Shown: positions 19,962 through 29,348 of the stretch, in pieces | Layout: each line of letters opens with the position of its first letter | How positions within the stretch are numbered: position 1 is the stretch's first letter | Assembly: GCA_965198235.1 (NCBI GenBank) | Contig: OZ240248.1 | Coordinates: 2,272,001-2,336,000 of the forward strand | Reading direction: 5' to 3' | Origin: Candidatus Poribacteria bacterium | GTDB taxonomy: Bacteria > Poribacteria > WGA-4E > WGA-3G | DNA: 64,000 nucleotides | Notes under the pieces: generated by a model | Told to the model about the DNA's origin: nothing | What the model saw: the letters and a program-made list of their open reading frames with translations, nothing else | Databases searched by the model: none | Translations under genes and position numbers: made by a program

Positions 19962-20801
19962 ATGTCAAATCAAACCCCTATGGATGCCCCGGTGACAATG
20001 ACACCTGAACAAAAATTTTTCTTCGATCTCCGCGGCTGGATTCTGTTACCCTCGGTATTATCAGAATCGGAAATTGAAGAGATGAAAGCAGAGGTTTATG
20101 ACGGTGCGAGACAGAGTTATCAAGGTGCACTCCAGACGCTACTCGACCATCCGGCAGTCGTGGGGATCCTGAACGAGATTCTGTCCGAGGATCCTTTTGT
20201 GTTAGACGACTGCTACGGGTTTCGATGTGAAGGGTCATTCACGACTGTGAGACACCCCGGCTGGAGCATATCGGAACGTGGTGATAACGGTCTACCACAC
20301 GTCGTACGTCCGCCGCAACAGGCAAACGCGATGCGGTATCAGGTTGCTGGTGGGAAGATCTTCGCAGGATTGACGCGTGTCGTGTGGGAACTTGAGGAGG
20401 TCAAGTCAGGACAAGGTGGTACCTCTTTTCTCAGTGGTTCACACAAGGCGCACTTCAATTACGGAGGTCCCGACCGGTATCGTCCAAATATTGGTGAATC
20501 GCCGTGGGAAGCGAATATGCGCGAGGTGATGGACGACTACAATTGTCCACCCGGTTCCGTCGTTATCTTTACTGAAAGTCTCGTCCATGCGGCTAATGAT
20601 TGGACGAATCCATCGAACCCTCGGTGCGCGGTCTTCAATTGTTACAACTCGATCTGGGCACAGTGGCATCGGCTCAATCTGAGCCATGAAGTCATTGAAA
20701 CCATGCCACTGAGGCGGCAGTCATTGTTCCGAGGCACGTGGGCGATCGGCGGTGGTCCTAGCGGAAACCGTGCGTATTCGTTGGATAATAATACCACGTA
20801 G
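19962..20801 (+). CDS. PhyH-family dioxygenase-like protein
   Basis: FFFDLRGW, GGTSFLSGSHK, PGSVVIFTESLVH and R motifs; AAGGAGG RBS. Confidence 0.8.
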   Translation: MSNQTPMDAPVTMTPEQKFFFDLRGWILLPSVLSESEIEEMKAEVYDGARQSYQGALQTLLDHPAVVGILNEILSEDPFVLDDCYGFRCEGSFTTVRHPGWSISERGDNGLPHVVRPPQQANAMRYQVAGGKIFAGLTRVVWELEEVKSGQGGTSFLSGSHKAHFNYGGPDRYRPNIGESPWEANMREVMDDYNCPPGSVVIFTESLVHAANDWTNPSNPRCAVFNCYNSIWAQWHRLNLSHEVIETMPLRRQSLFRGTWAIGGGPSGNRAYSLDNNTT

Positions 20802-20809
20802 TAATAAAC

Positions 20810-20835
20810 GTATGCAGGATTCCCATCCTGCATAC
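20810..20835 (+). terminator. Hairpin after the PhyH-like gene
   Basis: GTATGCAGGAT-tccc-ATCCTGCATAC, perfect 11-bp stem without a U-tract. Confidence 0.5.
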
Positions 20836-21131
20836 ACCTTGCACACCAAGTACACTATAGATCATCAGTTTTATCGACATCCAACATAATATATCTTCCT
20901 ACATATCTTATCAACGAACATAACTCCCTCAGTAATCCCACTAAAACACAAAAACTATTGTTTTTCACCTTTTTCACTGAAGTCCACAGTTTCCTGTCTT
21001 GGGTCTATAATTTATATCATCGGTAATGGGTGCACGCACGTTACCACGCCCTTTACTGACCAAGTATAGGAGGCATCGGAAGTATACGAGATTCTTGGAA
21101 TAGTGGATTGAGAAACGATGTTGAAATTAAT

Positions 21132-21160
21132 TTGACAAACCTGGATATGCATGGTATAAT
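21132..21160 (+). promoter_or_regulatory. Consensus sigma70 promoter
   Basis: TTGACA-17 bp-TATAAT, followed by a GGAGGT RBS. Confidence 0.85.
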
Positions 21161-21195
21161 TAAGATATATATTTATATGGGAGGTATACAAATAA

Positions 21196-21636
21196 ATGAG
21201 TAGTGTGAAAGAGACGTTGACGAAATGGTTAGAAGATAATCCTGAAGGTTGGAAAAATACTGATGTTTTCATCTACAAGGAAACAGGGGTGTCAACCGGT
21301 TCTGTGAATAGATACGTGCCGGAAATTATCGCTAAACGGGATGGCATAATGCCGTCTAAGGTCCAGGAACTGCGGCAAACAGAGGGTAATATCTCTGCCC
21401 GAAGGCCTAAAGCGGATACAGATCAGATTCGTCAGATTATAGCCGATAATCCGAATGCTCCGGTTCGCGACTTAGCATTCCTTGCCGATTGCTCTCATGG
21501 GGCAATTGAACGGGTACTCAAAGAAATTAAACCGGAAAGTATGGAAAAACCGGAGGACAATACAGAGGCAATCCGCGAGATCAAAGCTCAGATGAAGGAG
21601 CTCCACGCTCGCCTAAACCAACTGTCAAAGGATTAA
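21196..21636 (+). CDS. Hypothetical protein with two HTH-like motifs and a C-terminal coiled coil
   Basis: IYKETGVSTGSVNRY and VRDLAFLADCSHGAIERVL; strong promoter and RBS. Confidence 0.7.
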   Translation: MSSVKETLTKWLEDNPEGWKNTDVFIYKETGVSTGSVNRYVPEIIAKRDGIMPSKVQELRQTEGNISARRPKADTDQIRQIIADNPNAPVRDLAFLADCSHGAIERVLKEIKPESMEKPEDNTEAIREIKAQMKELHARLNQLSKD

Positions 21637-21644
21637 GTGCTTTT

Positions 21645-21675
21645 AAAACCACGTGATCTACCTCAGGGTGGTTTT
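21645..21675 (+). terminator. Probable intrinsic terminator
   Basis: AAAACCAC...GTGGTTTT just after the stop codon. Confidence 0.5.
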
Positions 21676-21745
21676 ATCTTGTTGAGAGGCGGTGTGCATG
21701 CACCGCCATCTCTCTTTGAAATTTTTGTAAGGATAGTCAAACTTC

Positions 21746-22318
21746 ATGAGTAAAATTTACTGTTATGTTGATGAATCTGGGCAGCATACGCAAGGTGATT
21801 TCTTTAGTGTTGCTGTTGTAATTGTGAATGCTACTGAACTGCGTGATGAGGTTGAACGAAGGTTACTGGATATAGAAATAGAAACTGGGAAGGGAATCAC
21901 GAAATGGACGCATACAAGTTATGTAAAAAAAGAGAATTATCTTCGAGCTATAACAACTATAGCAAAATTGGAGAGTGCGCTCTTCTATTCAATCCATATT
22001 AATACTCGAGATTATGTAAGCGCGACTGTTGATACAATAGCGCGAGTGGCTCAACAGCTCACGACAAATACAGAGAAATACAAGTTAACGGTCATAGTTG
22101 ATGGATTGAGTAAGAAAGAAAAGCAACAGATTGCCAAGCAATTGAGAAAAAAAGGTGTGGTATACAGAAAGGTCCGTGGGGCAAGAGATGGAAGTAGTGC
22201 ATGGATAAGGTTAGCCGATGCAATAGCCGGATTTAGTCGAGATGTTTACGAGAACAAGCCTTATACGCAGAACCTCTATTCTGACATGCAGCAACGCGGA
22301 TTTCTTATTCAACTGTGA
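21746..22318 (+). CDS. DUF3800 family protein (RNase H-like fold)
   Basis: N-terminal Y.DESG, central IVDG and C-terminal IRLADAIAG. Confidence 0.82.
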   Translation: MSKIYCYVDESGQHTQGDFFSVAVVIVNATELRDEVERRLLDIEIETGKGITKWTHTSYVKKENYLRAITTIAKLESALFYSIHINTRDYVSATVDTIARVAQQLTTNTEKYKLTVIVDGLSKKEKQQIAKQLRKKGVVYRKVRGARDGSSAWIRLADAIAGFSRDVYENKPYTQNLYSDMQQRGFLIQL

Positions 22319-22320
22319 AA

Positions 22321-22350
22321 ATAAAAATGCTAGAGTGTCTGGCTCTAGCA
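22321..22350 (-). terminator. Intrinsic terminator, minus strand
   Basis: TGCTAGAG-7 nt-CTCTAGCA followed by TTTTTAT on the minus strand. Confidence 0.75.
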
Positions 22351-22460
22351 ATCCAACGTAGACATACCGCAGCGGCAGAGGTCACGGTTGGCTGTCCCTA
22401 GTTTCCCTAGTGGGAAAACACCGTCCATACGGCACGTGTTCGGGCAAAGTACTCATTATG
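22321..22460 (-). ncRNA. Predicted ~140-nt structured small RNA convergent with the DUF3800 gene
   Basis: Own promoter (22467-22495), internal hairpins (22402-22417, 22421-22432) and a U-tailed terminator (22328-22350); no ORF of note. Confidence 0.65.
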
Positions 22461-22466
22461 ACATAT

Positions 22467-22495
22467 ATTGTAACATAAAAAGAACACTTTGTCAA
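22467..22495 (-). promoter_or_regulatory. sigma70 promoter for the small RNA
   Basis: TTGACA-17 bp-TACAAT with extended -10 TG. Confidence 0.75.
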
Positions 22496-22561
22496 GTTTT
22501 TTGTGCAAATTTTTATTGAATTAATTATCCTATCTTCCATGTTGAGACGCAAATAATTTGA

Positions 22562-24634
22562 TCAATCGGAGTCCATGCGTGTTGTTTCGGCCGCTAATAC
22601 CTGTGCGCTTCGGGCAGGGACATACAGTTGAATGGATTGTGTGTGACCCTCCATAACTACGTCTTGCCACGGATAATGTCTGCCCTCTACGGCACCGTAG
22701 CCACCGTAAGCGGTATCATCGGTATTGAGAATAAGGCGATAATCCTTTTTTTGAGGCACAGGGATGCGCCAGTCTGGGACCGATGCAGTCGGATGGAAGT
22801 TGAAGGCGAAGATGAGTCCGCCCCGTTCATAGACGATCTGTTTCGCGTCCTCGTGAAAAAATAAAAGATAGATGTTTTCATCAGAAAGCAGATGGTGCAT
22901 TGCGTCAAGGTGTTGCATCGCGCGATCAAAAGCGTTGAGATGTTTGTAGCGGAGCGTGTCATCATCAACGAGGTGCCACTGTCTGCGCGCATACCAATAG
23001 GAGTTATTATTCCCTGCGCGCGGGAAGTCGATCCACTCAGGGTGTCCAAATTCATTCCCCATGAAGTTGAGATACCCCTCGCCACCTAAACTGAAGGTCA
23101 GCAATCGGATGAGTTTGTGGAGCGCAATGCCACGAGCGATGTAATGGCTTGTTGTGAAAACGCTCATGTTTATGTAAATTTCGGCATCCATGAGTTGCAT
23201 AGCAAGCGTCTTATCGCCAACGATGGCTTGGTCGTGACTCTCGACATAAGCGATATGTTTCTCGCCGGTCCGACGGTTGCGCAACATGCCGTAAATCTCG
23301 CCGATATGCCAGTTTTCATCCTGTTTCTCTTTTAATAACCGAATCCAATAATCCGGGATACCCATTGTGAGCCGGTAATCGAAGCCGAGTCCGCCTGCCT
23401 CGATGGGGCGCGCGATGCCGGGCATTCCGCTCATATCTTCAGCAATTGAAATCGCGGTGGGGTTGATAGTGTGAACGATCTCATTTGCTAACATTAGGTA
23501 GGCAATAGCGTCGAGTTCGACTTCTGCCCCGAAATAATCCGCGTAGCCCTCAAATTCCCGCCCTAACCCGTGGTCGCTGTAGAGCATGCTTGTGATGCCG
23601 TCAAATCTGAAACCATCAAACCGGTAGGTCTCCAGCCAGTAGCGAATGTTGCTAAGGAGAAAGCGTTGCACTTCGTATTTGCTGTAATCAAAACAGCGTG
23701 AATCCCATGCGATATGCTCACCTTTCTCACCAGTGTGGAAATAGTGGTATGCCGTGCCGTCAAGGCGATTCAATCCTTCATTCAGATTTTTGACAGCATG
23801 GCTATGCACCAGATCCATGATAACCAGTAAGCCCATATCGTGTGCGGTATCAATAAGGGCTTTGAGTTCCTCCGGTGTTCCGAAACGGCTTGAGACAGCA
23901 AAGAAATTGCTTACATGATACCCGAAACTCGCATAATAGGGATGTTCCATTACCGCCATCAGTTGCACGGCGTTATAGCCTAAATCTGCAATTCGGGGTA
24001 GCACGTTTTGCGTGAACTCATCGAACGTTCCGACCTTTTCCGCTTCCTGTGCCATGCCGACGTGTGCCTCGTAGATCCGCAAGCCCTCGGTGCGGGTATC
24101 AAAACGAGGTGCGTGATGTTTCCACTGATATGGGGACGATGATGCCCAATACTGTCCGGTGAAATCGGCATCCCCCTCCTGAACAACACGCTGGATATAG
24201 GCTGGAAGTCGGTCAAGTCCACCGAGTTCTGATACAACATGCACCTTGACTCGGCTTCCGTGTGTGAGTCGATCGGCGTAGTCTCTATCGGATAAGAAGA
24301 GATGCCATACACCATGATCATCAACGGACATCGGATGTGTGCCGCGATCCCAGCCGTTAAAGTCGCCGATAAGGGCAAGCGCGTATGCCCCCGGTGCCCA
24401 TTCGCGATACCAGACCCCGGTCTCACCATCATTTTCCCCGCGATTGAAACCGAAATATTGATGTCCTTGGCTTATCTCGCCTAAGATGCCACCGGTTTTC
24501 TCAATCTCTGCTTTGAAACGTCGGTAGTGTGCGAACCGCTCACGCAGCTGCGCCGCATACGGTTTTAGTAAAGGGTCTGTCTTGATGAGAGTTGTGCCAT
24601 CAACCGTTTTTGACGTGAAATGTTGCTTCTCCAT
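22562..24634 (-). CDS. glgB: 1,4-alpha-glucan branching enzyme (GH13_8-like)
   Basis: YREWAP, RIYEAHVGM, FDGFRFDG.TSM, AED.SGMP, ESHDQA.VGDKT, LNFMGNEFGHPEW.DFPR. Confidence 0.95.
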   Translation of the reverse strand: MEKQHFTSKTVDGTTLIKTDPLLKPYAAQLRERFAHYRRFKAEIEKTGGILGEISQGHQYFGFNRGENDGETGVWYREWAPGAYALALIGDFNGWDRGTHPMSVDDHGVWHLFLSDRDYADRLTHGSRVKVHVVSELGGLDRLPAYIQRVVQEGDADFTGQYWASSSPYQWKHHAPRFDTRTEGLRIYEAHVGMAQEAEKVGTFDEFTQNVLPRIADLGYNAVQLMAVMEHPYYASFGYHVSNFFAVSSRFGTPEELKALIDTAHDMGLLVIMDLVHSHAVKNLNEGLNRLDGTAYHYFHTGEKGEHIAWDSRCFDYSKYEVQRFLLSNIRYWLETYRFDGFRFDGITSMLYSDHGLGREFEGYADYFGAEVELDAIAYLMLANEIVHTINPTAISIAEDMSGMPGIARPIEAGGLGFDYRLTMGIPDYWIRLLKEKQDENWHIGEIYGMLRNRRTGEKHIAYVESHDQAIVGDKTLAMQLMDAEIYINMSVFTTSHYIARGIALHKLIRLLTFSLGGEGYLNFMGNEFGHPEWIDFPRAGNNNSYWYARRQWHLVDDDTLRYKHLNAFDRAMQHLDAMHHLLSDENIYLLFFHEDAKQIVYERGGLIFAFNFHPTASVPDWRIPVPQKKDYRLILNTDDTAYGGYGAVEGRHYPWQDVVMEGHTQSIQLYVPARSAQVLAAETTRMDSD

Positions 24635-24660
24635 GATGTATCAGTTTAGCACAAGACGGC

Positions 24661-25761
24661 TTGCAATGCAAATCGGGTGTATGCTACTATGGGAACATGC
24701 GAACACCTTTCCATCGACCAACGATATGCTTCATGTTTATAGTGCTAATGATATCTTACACTTCAGACGTTACTGCGGTTGAGGACCTGTTTGAAATTCG
24801 GGTGTTTGACGGTCAAGTAGAAGTGATGCAACCCTATAGGCTGATTTCTGGGAAACGCTACCGGCTTCAGGCAGTCTCGCTGGATAAAGAGGTGCTTACG
24901 GCACAGTGGTTTCTCGCAGGGAATTTGGGTAGGATTACAACAGGTAATCGACCAATGCTAACGGCTGTTTTTGTGGGGGAAGGAGATCTTATTTGCCGTG
25001 TGAACGCGGTGGAACAGCGCGTAAGGTTAAGCGTCGTTCCAGCAACGGGCACCATCGGAAGTCGTGGTGGAACACTCAAAAGTCCAGCGGGCGTGGAAAT
25101 CACACTGCCCGAAAGTGCGCTCGCGATCGAACGACAAATTGGGATAGAAATCGTGGCATCACCGGGGTTACCGCCAACAGCCCGGCAGTTTATTCGTGTC
25201 GTTCGGATCTCACCCGCGCGGCTTGTCTTGAAACGACCGACGCAGCTTACATTTCTCTTTGGAGGTGATGAGTTTTCAGATGCAAAGCCACAACTCTATT
25301 TTTGGGAGGCGTTTGGGAAACAGTGGATACCCTTGCGAGGTCGCGTGAACACTATTCAAGGGAGCGTGACCGCTTCTATTAACCACTTCGGTATTTATAC
25401 GTTGATGGTGCTTACTCCTGCAAATTTGGAACGCACCGATCGATTGCAGATCCAGAACGTCAAACTTTCGCCGCGTGTATTTTTCGCACCGGACAGGCAT
25501 CGACTGACAATGGTGTATCAACTCAATGCCCCGGATGCGATGCAAGCGTTTGTAACGATGGATATTTTCGATCTTCGGGGCAGACGGGTTCGACGGCTTC
25601 TTGAGGACGCGCCTCACTACATCGGTCCTAACGTTGCACAGTGGGACGGGTTGACAGATGATGGCGTGCTTGTCCGCAACGGACGTTATTTTCTTGTAAT
25701 TCGTGCCAGGATGGGTTCACAGCGCACAGCATACCGAAAGTTAGTCGTGGTCTTTAAATGA
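24661..25761 (+). CDS. Exported protein with ZU5-like and FlgD-Ig-like domains
   Basis: IG..GG.L....GV.I.LP..AL (ZU5-like), INHFG.Y, and IFDL.GR.VR.L...WDG....G..V.NG.Y. Confidence 0.65.
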   Translation: MQCKSGVCYYGNMRTPFHRPTICFMFIVLMISYTSDVTAVEDLFEIRVFDGQVEVMQPYRLISGKRYRLQAVSLDKEVLTAQWFLAGNLGRITTGNRPMLTAVFVGEGDLICRVNAVEQRVRLSVVPATGTIGSRGGTLKSPAGVEITLPESALAIERQIGIEIVASPGLPPTARQFIRVVRISPARLVLKRPTQLTFLFGGDEFSDAKPQLYFWEAFGKQWIPLRGRVNTIQGSVTASINHFGIYTLMVLTPANLERTDRLQIQNVKLSPRVFFAPDRHRLTMVYQLNAPDAMQAFVTMDIFDLRGRRVRRLLEDAPHYIGPNVAQWDGLTDDGVLVRNGRYFLVIRARMGSQRTAYRKLVVVFK

Positions 25762-26060
25762 GGGAGTTTCTTCTTCTTTCTCGGCTATTACACCACGCGA
25801 CATCAATGTGATCGTCGCCACATCACATACAAAGATGTAATCAGCACTCCCTTGCATTTTTGGTTGTATACAGAAAAAGAGAACTCCATTTGGTAAAGGT
25901 TCTGAATACCTCATTAGACCATACGAAGTTCTCTTTTGGTTTCCACAGTGTTTTATTTTATACCGGATTTATCTTAATTTATGACGTGCCAAATGCCGGA
26001 CGTGCATTCGACACTCTAACATTTCTGTTTGAAACGCTGCGTCCGTTTTCTGAGATTGCA

Positions 26061-27164
26061 TCAATTGTCTGACTCTTCCCATCGTGCATATCTCTGAAGC
26101 GTTCGGATGTCAATATCTAACGATTCAGCTGCCTCACGAAGCGAGGCGTATTGCTCTACACGCTTTCGGGCAACTGCGCTGAGAATCTGATGCTGGTTCA
26201 TATCTCTTATGTTGAGAAACTCGCCTTTTCCGCTCATCCCGGATATACTTGAAACTTGCAAACCACTCCAAGATGCTGAGGACTGTGTCGAGAGTTCGTG
26301 CATCATTGTGTGTTGTGTCTCCGGGTGGAGCGTTTCCCATATTGCGTTTTGTGTTTCCGGAGGAAGTGTCTGCCATATAGAAGTAAGAGTTTTGATGAAT
26401 TCTGGATAGATATCCGGAAAATCTTTGGGTTCAAGTCTGTCCGTTGTTGCGAGTACGACAGCCGCTTGAATGGTGCTCCTCAACTGACGGATGTTCCCGG
26501 GCCACGCAGCCTGTTCAAGCCGAGTGAGTGCCTCCGGAGTAATCCCAGTAATATTTTTCCTGTATTCGGCACTGAACTCATGAATAAAAGCTGCGACTAA
26601 AGGCGCGATGTCCTCTGGACGCCCGCGTAGCGGGGGGAGGTGAAACATCATCCCCTTGAGACGATAGTAAAGATCCTCCCTAAACTCCTTTTCCGCAACG
26701 GCTTTTTCAATGTCTCGGTTCGTTGCGGCGATGATGTGGACATCCACCGTTAATACCTCATTTCCACCGAGACGCGTAAATGTAGCTGTGTCCAGGACGC
26801 GGAGCAGCATCTTCTGTGCGTCCAAAGACATTTCTGGAACTTCATCGAGAAAGAGGATACCCCCATTTGCCATTTCAAACGCGCCTCGCCGCTGTCGGAT
26901 TGCGCTCGTGAACGCTCCTGCTTCGTGTCCGAAGAGTTCGCTTTGCAAGAGTTCAGCGGAGAATCGTCCACAGTTGATGGCGATGAAAGGTTTATCGTGC
27001 CGCGGACTGGTTTCGTGAATGTATCTTGCGATGCCTTCCTTACCGACACCGGTTTCGCCAGTAATGAAGAATGGAATGTTTGATTTTACTACCTCCTGAG
27101 TTGTTTTGTAAATCGTCTGCATCGGTTCCGATGGCAGTTGTATGAATGTTGACTGCCGGTTCAT
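26061..27164 (-). CDS. Sigma-54-dependent activator (AAA+ and HTH) with no N-terminal sensory domain, copy 2
   Basis: GETGVGKE, SELFGHEAGAFTSA, LFLDE, FREDLYYRL, WPGNIRQL and C-terminal HTH. Confidence 0.92.
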   Translation of the reverse strand: MNRQSTFIQLPSEPMQTIYKTTQEVVKSNIPFFITGETGVGKEGIARYIHETSPRHDKPFIAINCGRFSAELLQSELFGHEAGAFTSAIRQRRGAFEMANGGILFLDEVPEMSLDAQKMLLRVLDTATFTRLGGNEVLTVDVHIIAATNRDIEKAVAEKEFREDLYYRLKGMMFHLPPLRGRPEDIAPLVAAFIHEFSAEYRKNITGITPEALTRLEQAAWPGNIRQLRSTIQAAVVLATTDRLEPKDFPDIYPEFIKTLTSIWQTLPPETQNAIWETLHPETQHTMMHELSTQSSASWSGLQVSSISGMSGKGEFLNIRDMNQHQILSAVARKRVEQYASLREAAESLDIDIRTLQRYARWEESDN

Positions 27165-27550
27165 AATGTGCTCCTTAAGTATATTTTAAATTAGGACGAA
27201 GAATATATTTAAGTTCGGGCAATTTTAGCCCCTAAAAGCGAATCGCAGCACAGTGCGTCATTACCATGTGCGATCCTTATGTGGCTCATAGGAAAAATAA
27301 CTGCGACGGTCCAAAACCGGTTTTCCATAGCACATTGTGGTTTTTTTTAATTAACGCCAGATTCAATTTTTAGTTGACCTAATATCCGTGCCTCTGTAGG
27401 AAATACGAACACCAAGTGTTTTGGACGCGCATATATTGTCTGTATTAAAAGAAAACTTGTGCCATTAATTTATTATGTGCTGCATGCTCAACACGCTTCC
27501 GGTGTCCAGCATTTTTTGTCGAAACTTGTATGCTATTTTCCAAGTTCACT

Positions 27551-28645
27551 TTAGTCGTCGGGTTTCTTCCATTGTGCGTATCGCTGTAACGTTCGGATGT
27601 CAATATCTAACGATTTGGCTGCCTCACGGAGCGAGGCGTATTCCTTAATGCGCCTCTCGGCAACTGCGTGTAGGATTTGATTCTGGTTCATATCTCTTAT
27701 ATTGAGAAGTTCCCCTTCTTCAACCATTTTTGGAATATGCAAGTTACGCCAAGATTCTGGTGTCTGATTTGAGAATTCATGCACAATTGTATATTGTGTC
27801 TCTAAAGGGAGTGTTTCCCATATTGCCTGCCGCGTCTCCAACGGGAGTACTTGCCATATAGAGATGAGTGCTTGGGCGAGTTCTGGATAGAGGTCCGAAA
27901 AGTCTTTAGGTTCAAGTCTGTCCGTTGTTGCGAGTGCGACAGCCGCTTGAATGGTGCTCCTCAACTGACGGATGTTCCCGGGCCACGCAGCCTGCTCAAG
28001 ACGAGTGAGTGCTTCTGGGGTAATCCCAGTAATACTCTTTCCGTATTCCGCACTGAATTCACGAATAAAGGTTGCGGCTAAAGGCGCGATGTCCTCTGGA
28101 CGCTCGCGTAGCGGTGGGAGGTGAAACATCATTCCCTTGAGGCGGTAGTAGAGATCCTCTCTGAACTCCTTTTCCGCAACGGCTTTTTCAATGTCTCGGT
28201 TCGTTGCGGCGATGATATGGACATCCACCGTCAATACTTCATTTCCGCCGAGGCGTGTGAATGTGGCTGTGTCCAAGACGCGGAGTAACATCTTCTGTGC
28301 GTCCAAAGACATTTCTGGAACTTCATCGAGAAAGAGGATACCCCCATTTGCCATTTCAAACGCGCCTCGCCGCTGTCGGATTGCGCTCGTGAACGCTCCT
28401 GCTTCGTGTCCGAAGAGTTCGCTTTGCAAGAGTTCAGCGGAGAATCGTCCACAATTGATGGCGATGAAAGGTTTATCGTGCCGCGGACTGGTTTCGTGAA
28501 TGTATCTTGCGATGCCTTCCTTACCGACACCGGTTTCGCCAGTAATGAAGAATGGAATGTTTGATTGGACGACTTGCTGAATTGTTTTATAAATCGTCTG
28601 CATCGGTGCCGATGGCAATTGGATAAATACTGGTTGTTGTTGCAT
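27551..28645 (-). CDS. Sigma-54-dependent activator (AAA+ and HTH) with no N-terminal sensory domain, copy 1
   Basis: Same motifs as copy 2; start placed at ATG 28645 by alignment with the paralogue and an AAGGGA RBS. Confidence 0.92.
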   Translation of the reverse strand: MQQQPVFIQLPSAPMQTIYKTIQQVVQSNIPFFITGETGVGKEGIARYIHETSPRHDKPFIAINCGRFSAELLQSELFGHEAGAFTSAIRQRRGAFEMANGGILFLDEVPEMSLDAQKMLLRVLDTATFTRLGGNEVLTVDVHIIAATNRDIEKAVAEKEFREDLYYRLKGMMFHLPPLRERPEDIAPLAATFIREFSAEYGKSITGITPEALTRLEQAAWPGNIRQLRSTIQAAVALATTDRLEPKDFSDLYPELAQALISIWQVLPLETRQAIWETLPLETQYTIVHEFSNQTPESWRNLHIPKMVEEGELLNIRDMNQNQILHAVAERRIKEYASLREAAKSLDIDIRTLQRYAQWKKPDD

Positions 28646-28691
28646 AGTAGTTCCCTTAAGCCCGAAGCGGTTCTTCTTATGCATTAAGTTG

Positions 28692-28707
28692 AGCAAATTT
28701 CGTGCCA
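28692..28707 (-). promoter_or_regulatory. sigma54 -24/-12 promoter
   Basis: TGGCACG-AAAT-TTGCT matches the TGGCACG-N4-TTGCW consensus. Confidence 0.78.
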
Positions 28708-28888
28708 ATTCTTTTGATAAAATGCGGTATGCTATGCTAAGATTCCAAGCATATTATTCATCAGGATACCTCTACGAACACAGGTGTACCGTAGGTTTGT
28801 CAAAGGAAACGGAACCGTCTACTTTTTCCTTAAGAAACTACGGAGTCGAGTGAATATGAGCCATTTAAGAGCCTTCTTTCATTGTCGG

Positions 28889-28922
28889 GGCGCAGAAATT
28901 GAGAGATTCGGCGCAGAAATTG
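28889..28922. repeat. 13-bp direct repeat pair, candidate upstream activator sequence
   Basis: GGCGCAGAAATTG at 28889 and 28910 (21-bp period). Confidence 0.55.
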
Positions 28923-29348
28923 TTTAGTTTTCGATTTTCTTCAAAAGATGCCATGCTATAGAGTAAGGAACACGAAATTTCCTCCTATCAAAACCCTAAT
29001 TGCCACTTAATCAGATTAACGCGGATTGAGTTATTAGAAAGCATATCAAGATAATCCTATTTTTCAATATAATCTATTAACTTTCTTTGTCTCAGTATGA
29101 GTTAATAGCAATAAAATAGAAAATGAATCAAGATAAAGGCAATTTCATCCAACCGAGCGCAGCAGCTTTTGCAGGATATGACACATTTTATGCATTACAA
29201 AATACTATTTTTGTGTATTAATGATAAAAAGTAGCATGCAAACAGATCTCGTTTCTTCAATTAAAGTAGTATTTTATAAATAATAAAGGAACGTTTACAC
29301 GCCATTTGGTAAATCTGGTGGCTTCTTACAGCAGGATGGATAATACGT

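Noticed and set aside
25741-25914. 57-codon minus-strand ORF downstream of the activators as a target peptide
   Set aside because: No convincing RBS, no recognisable motif, and the upstream TGGCAC lacks a -12 element
28646-28708. N-terminal extension of the activator in the ORF track
   Set aside because: Overlaps the sigma54 promoter; the paralogue aligns from ATG 28645
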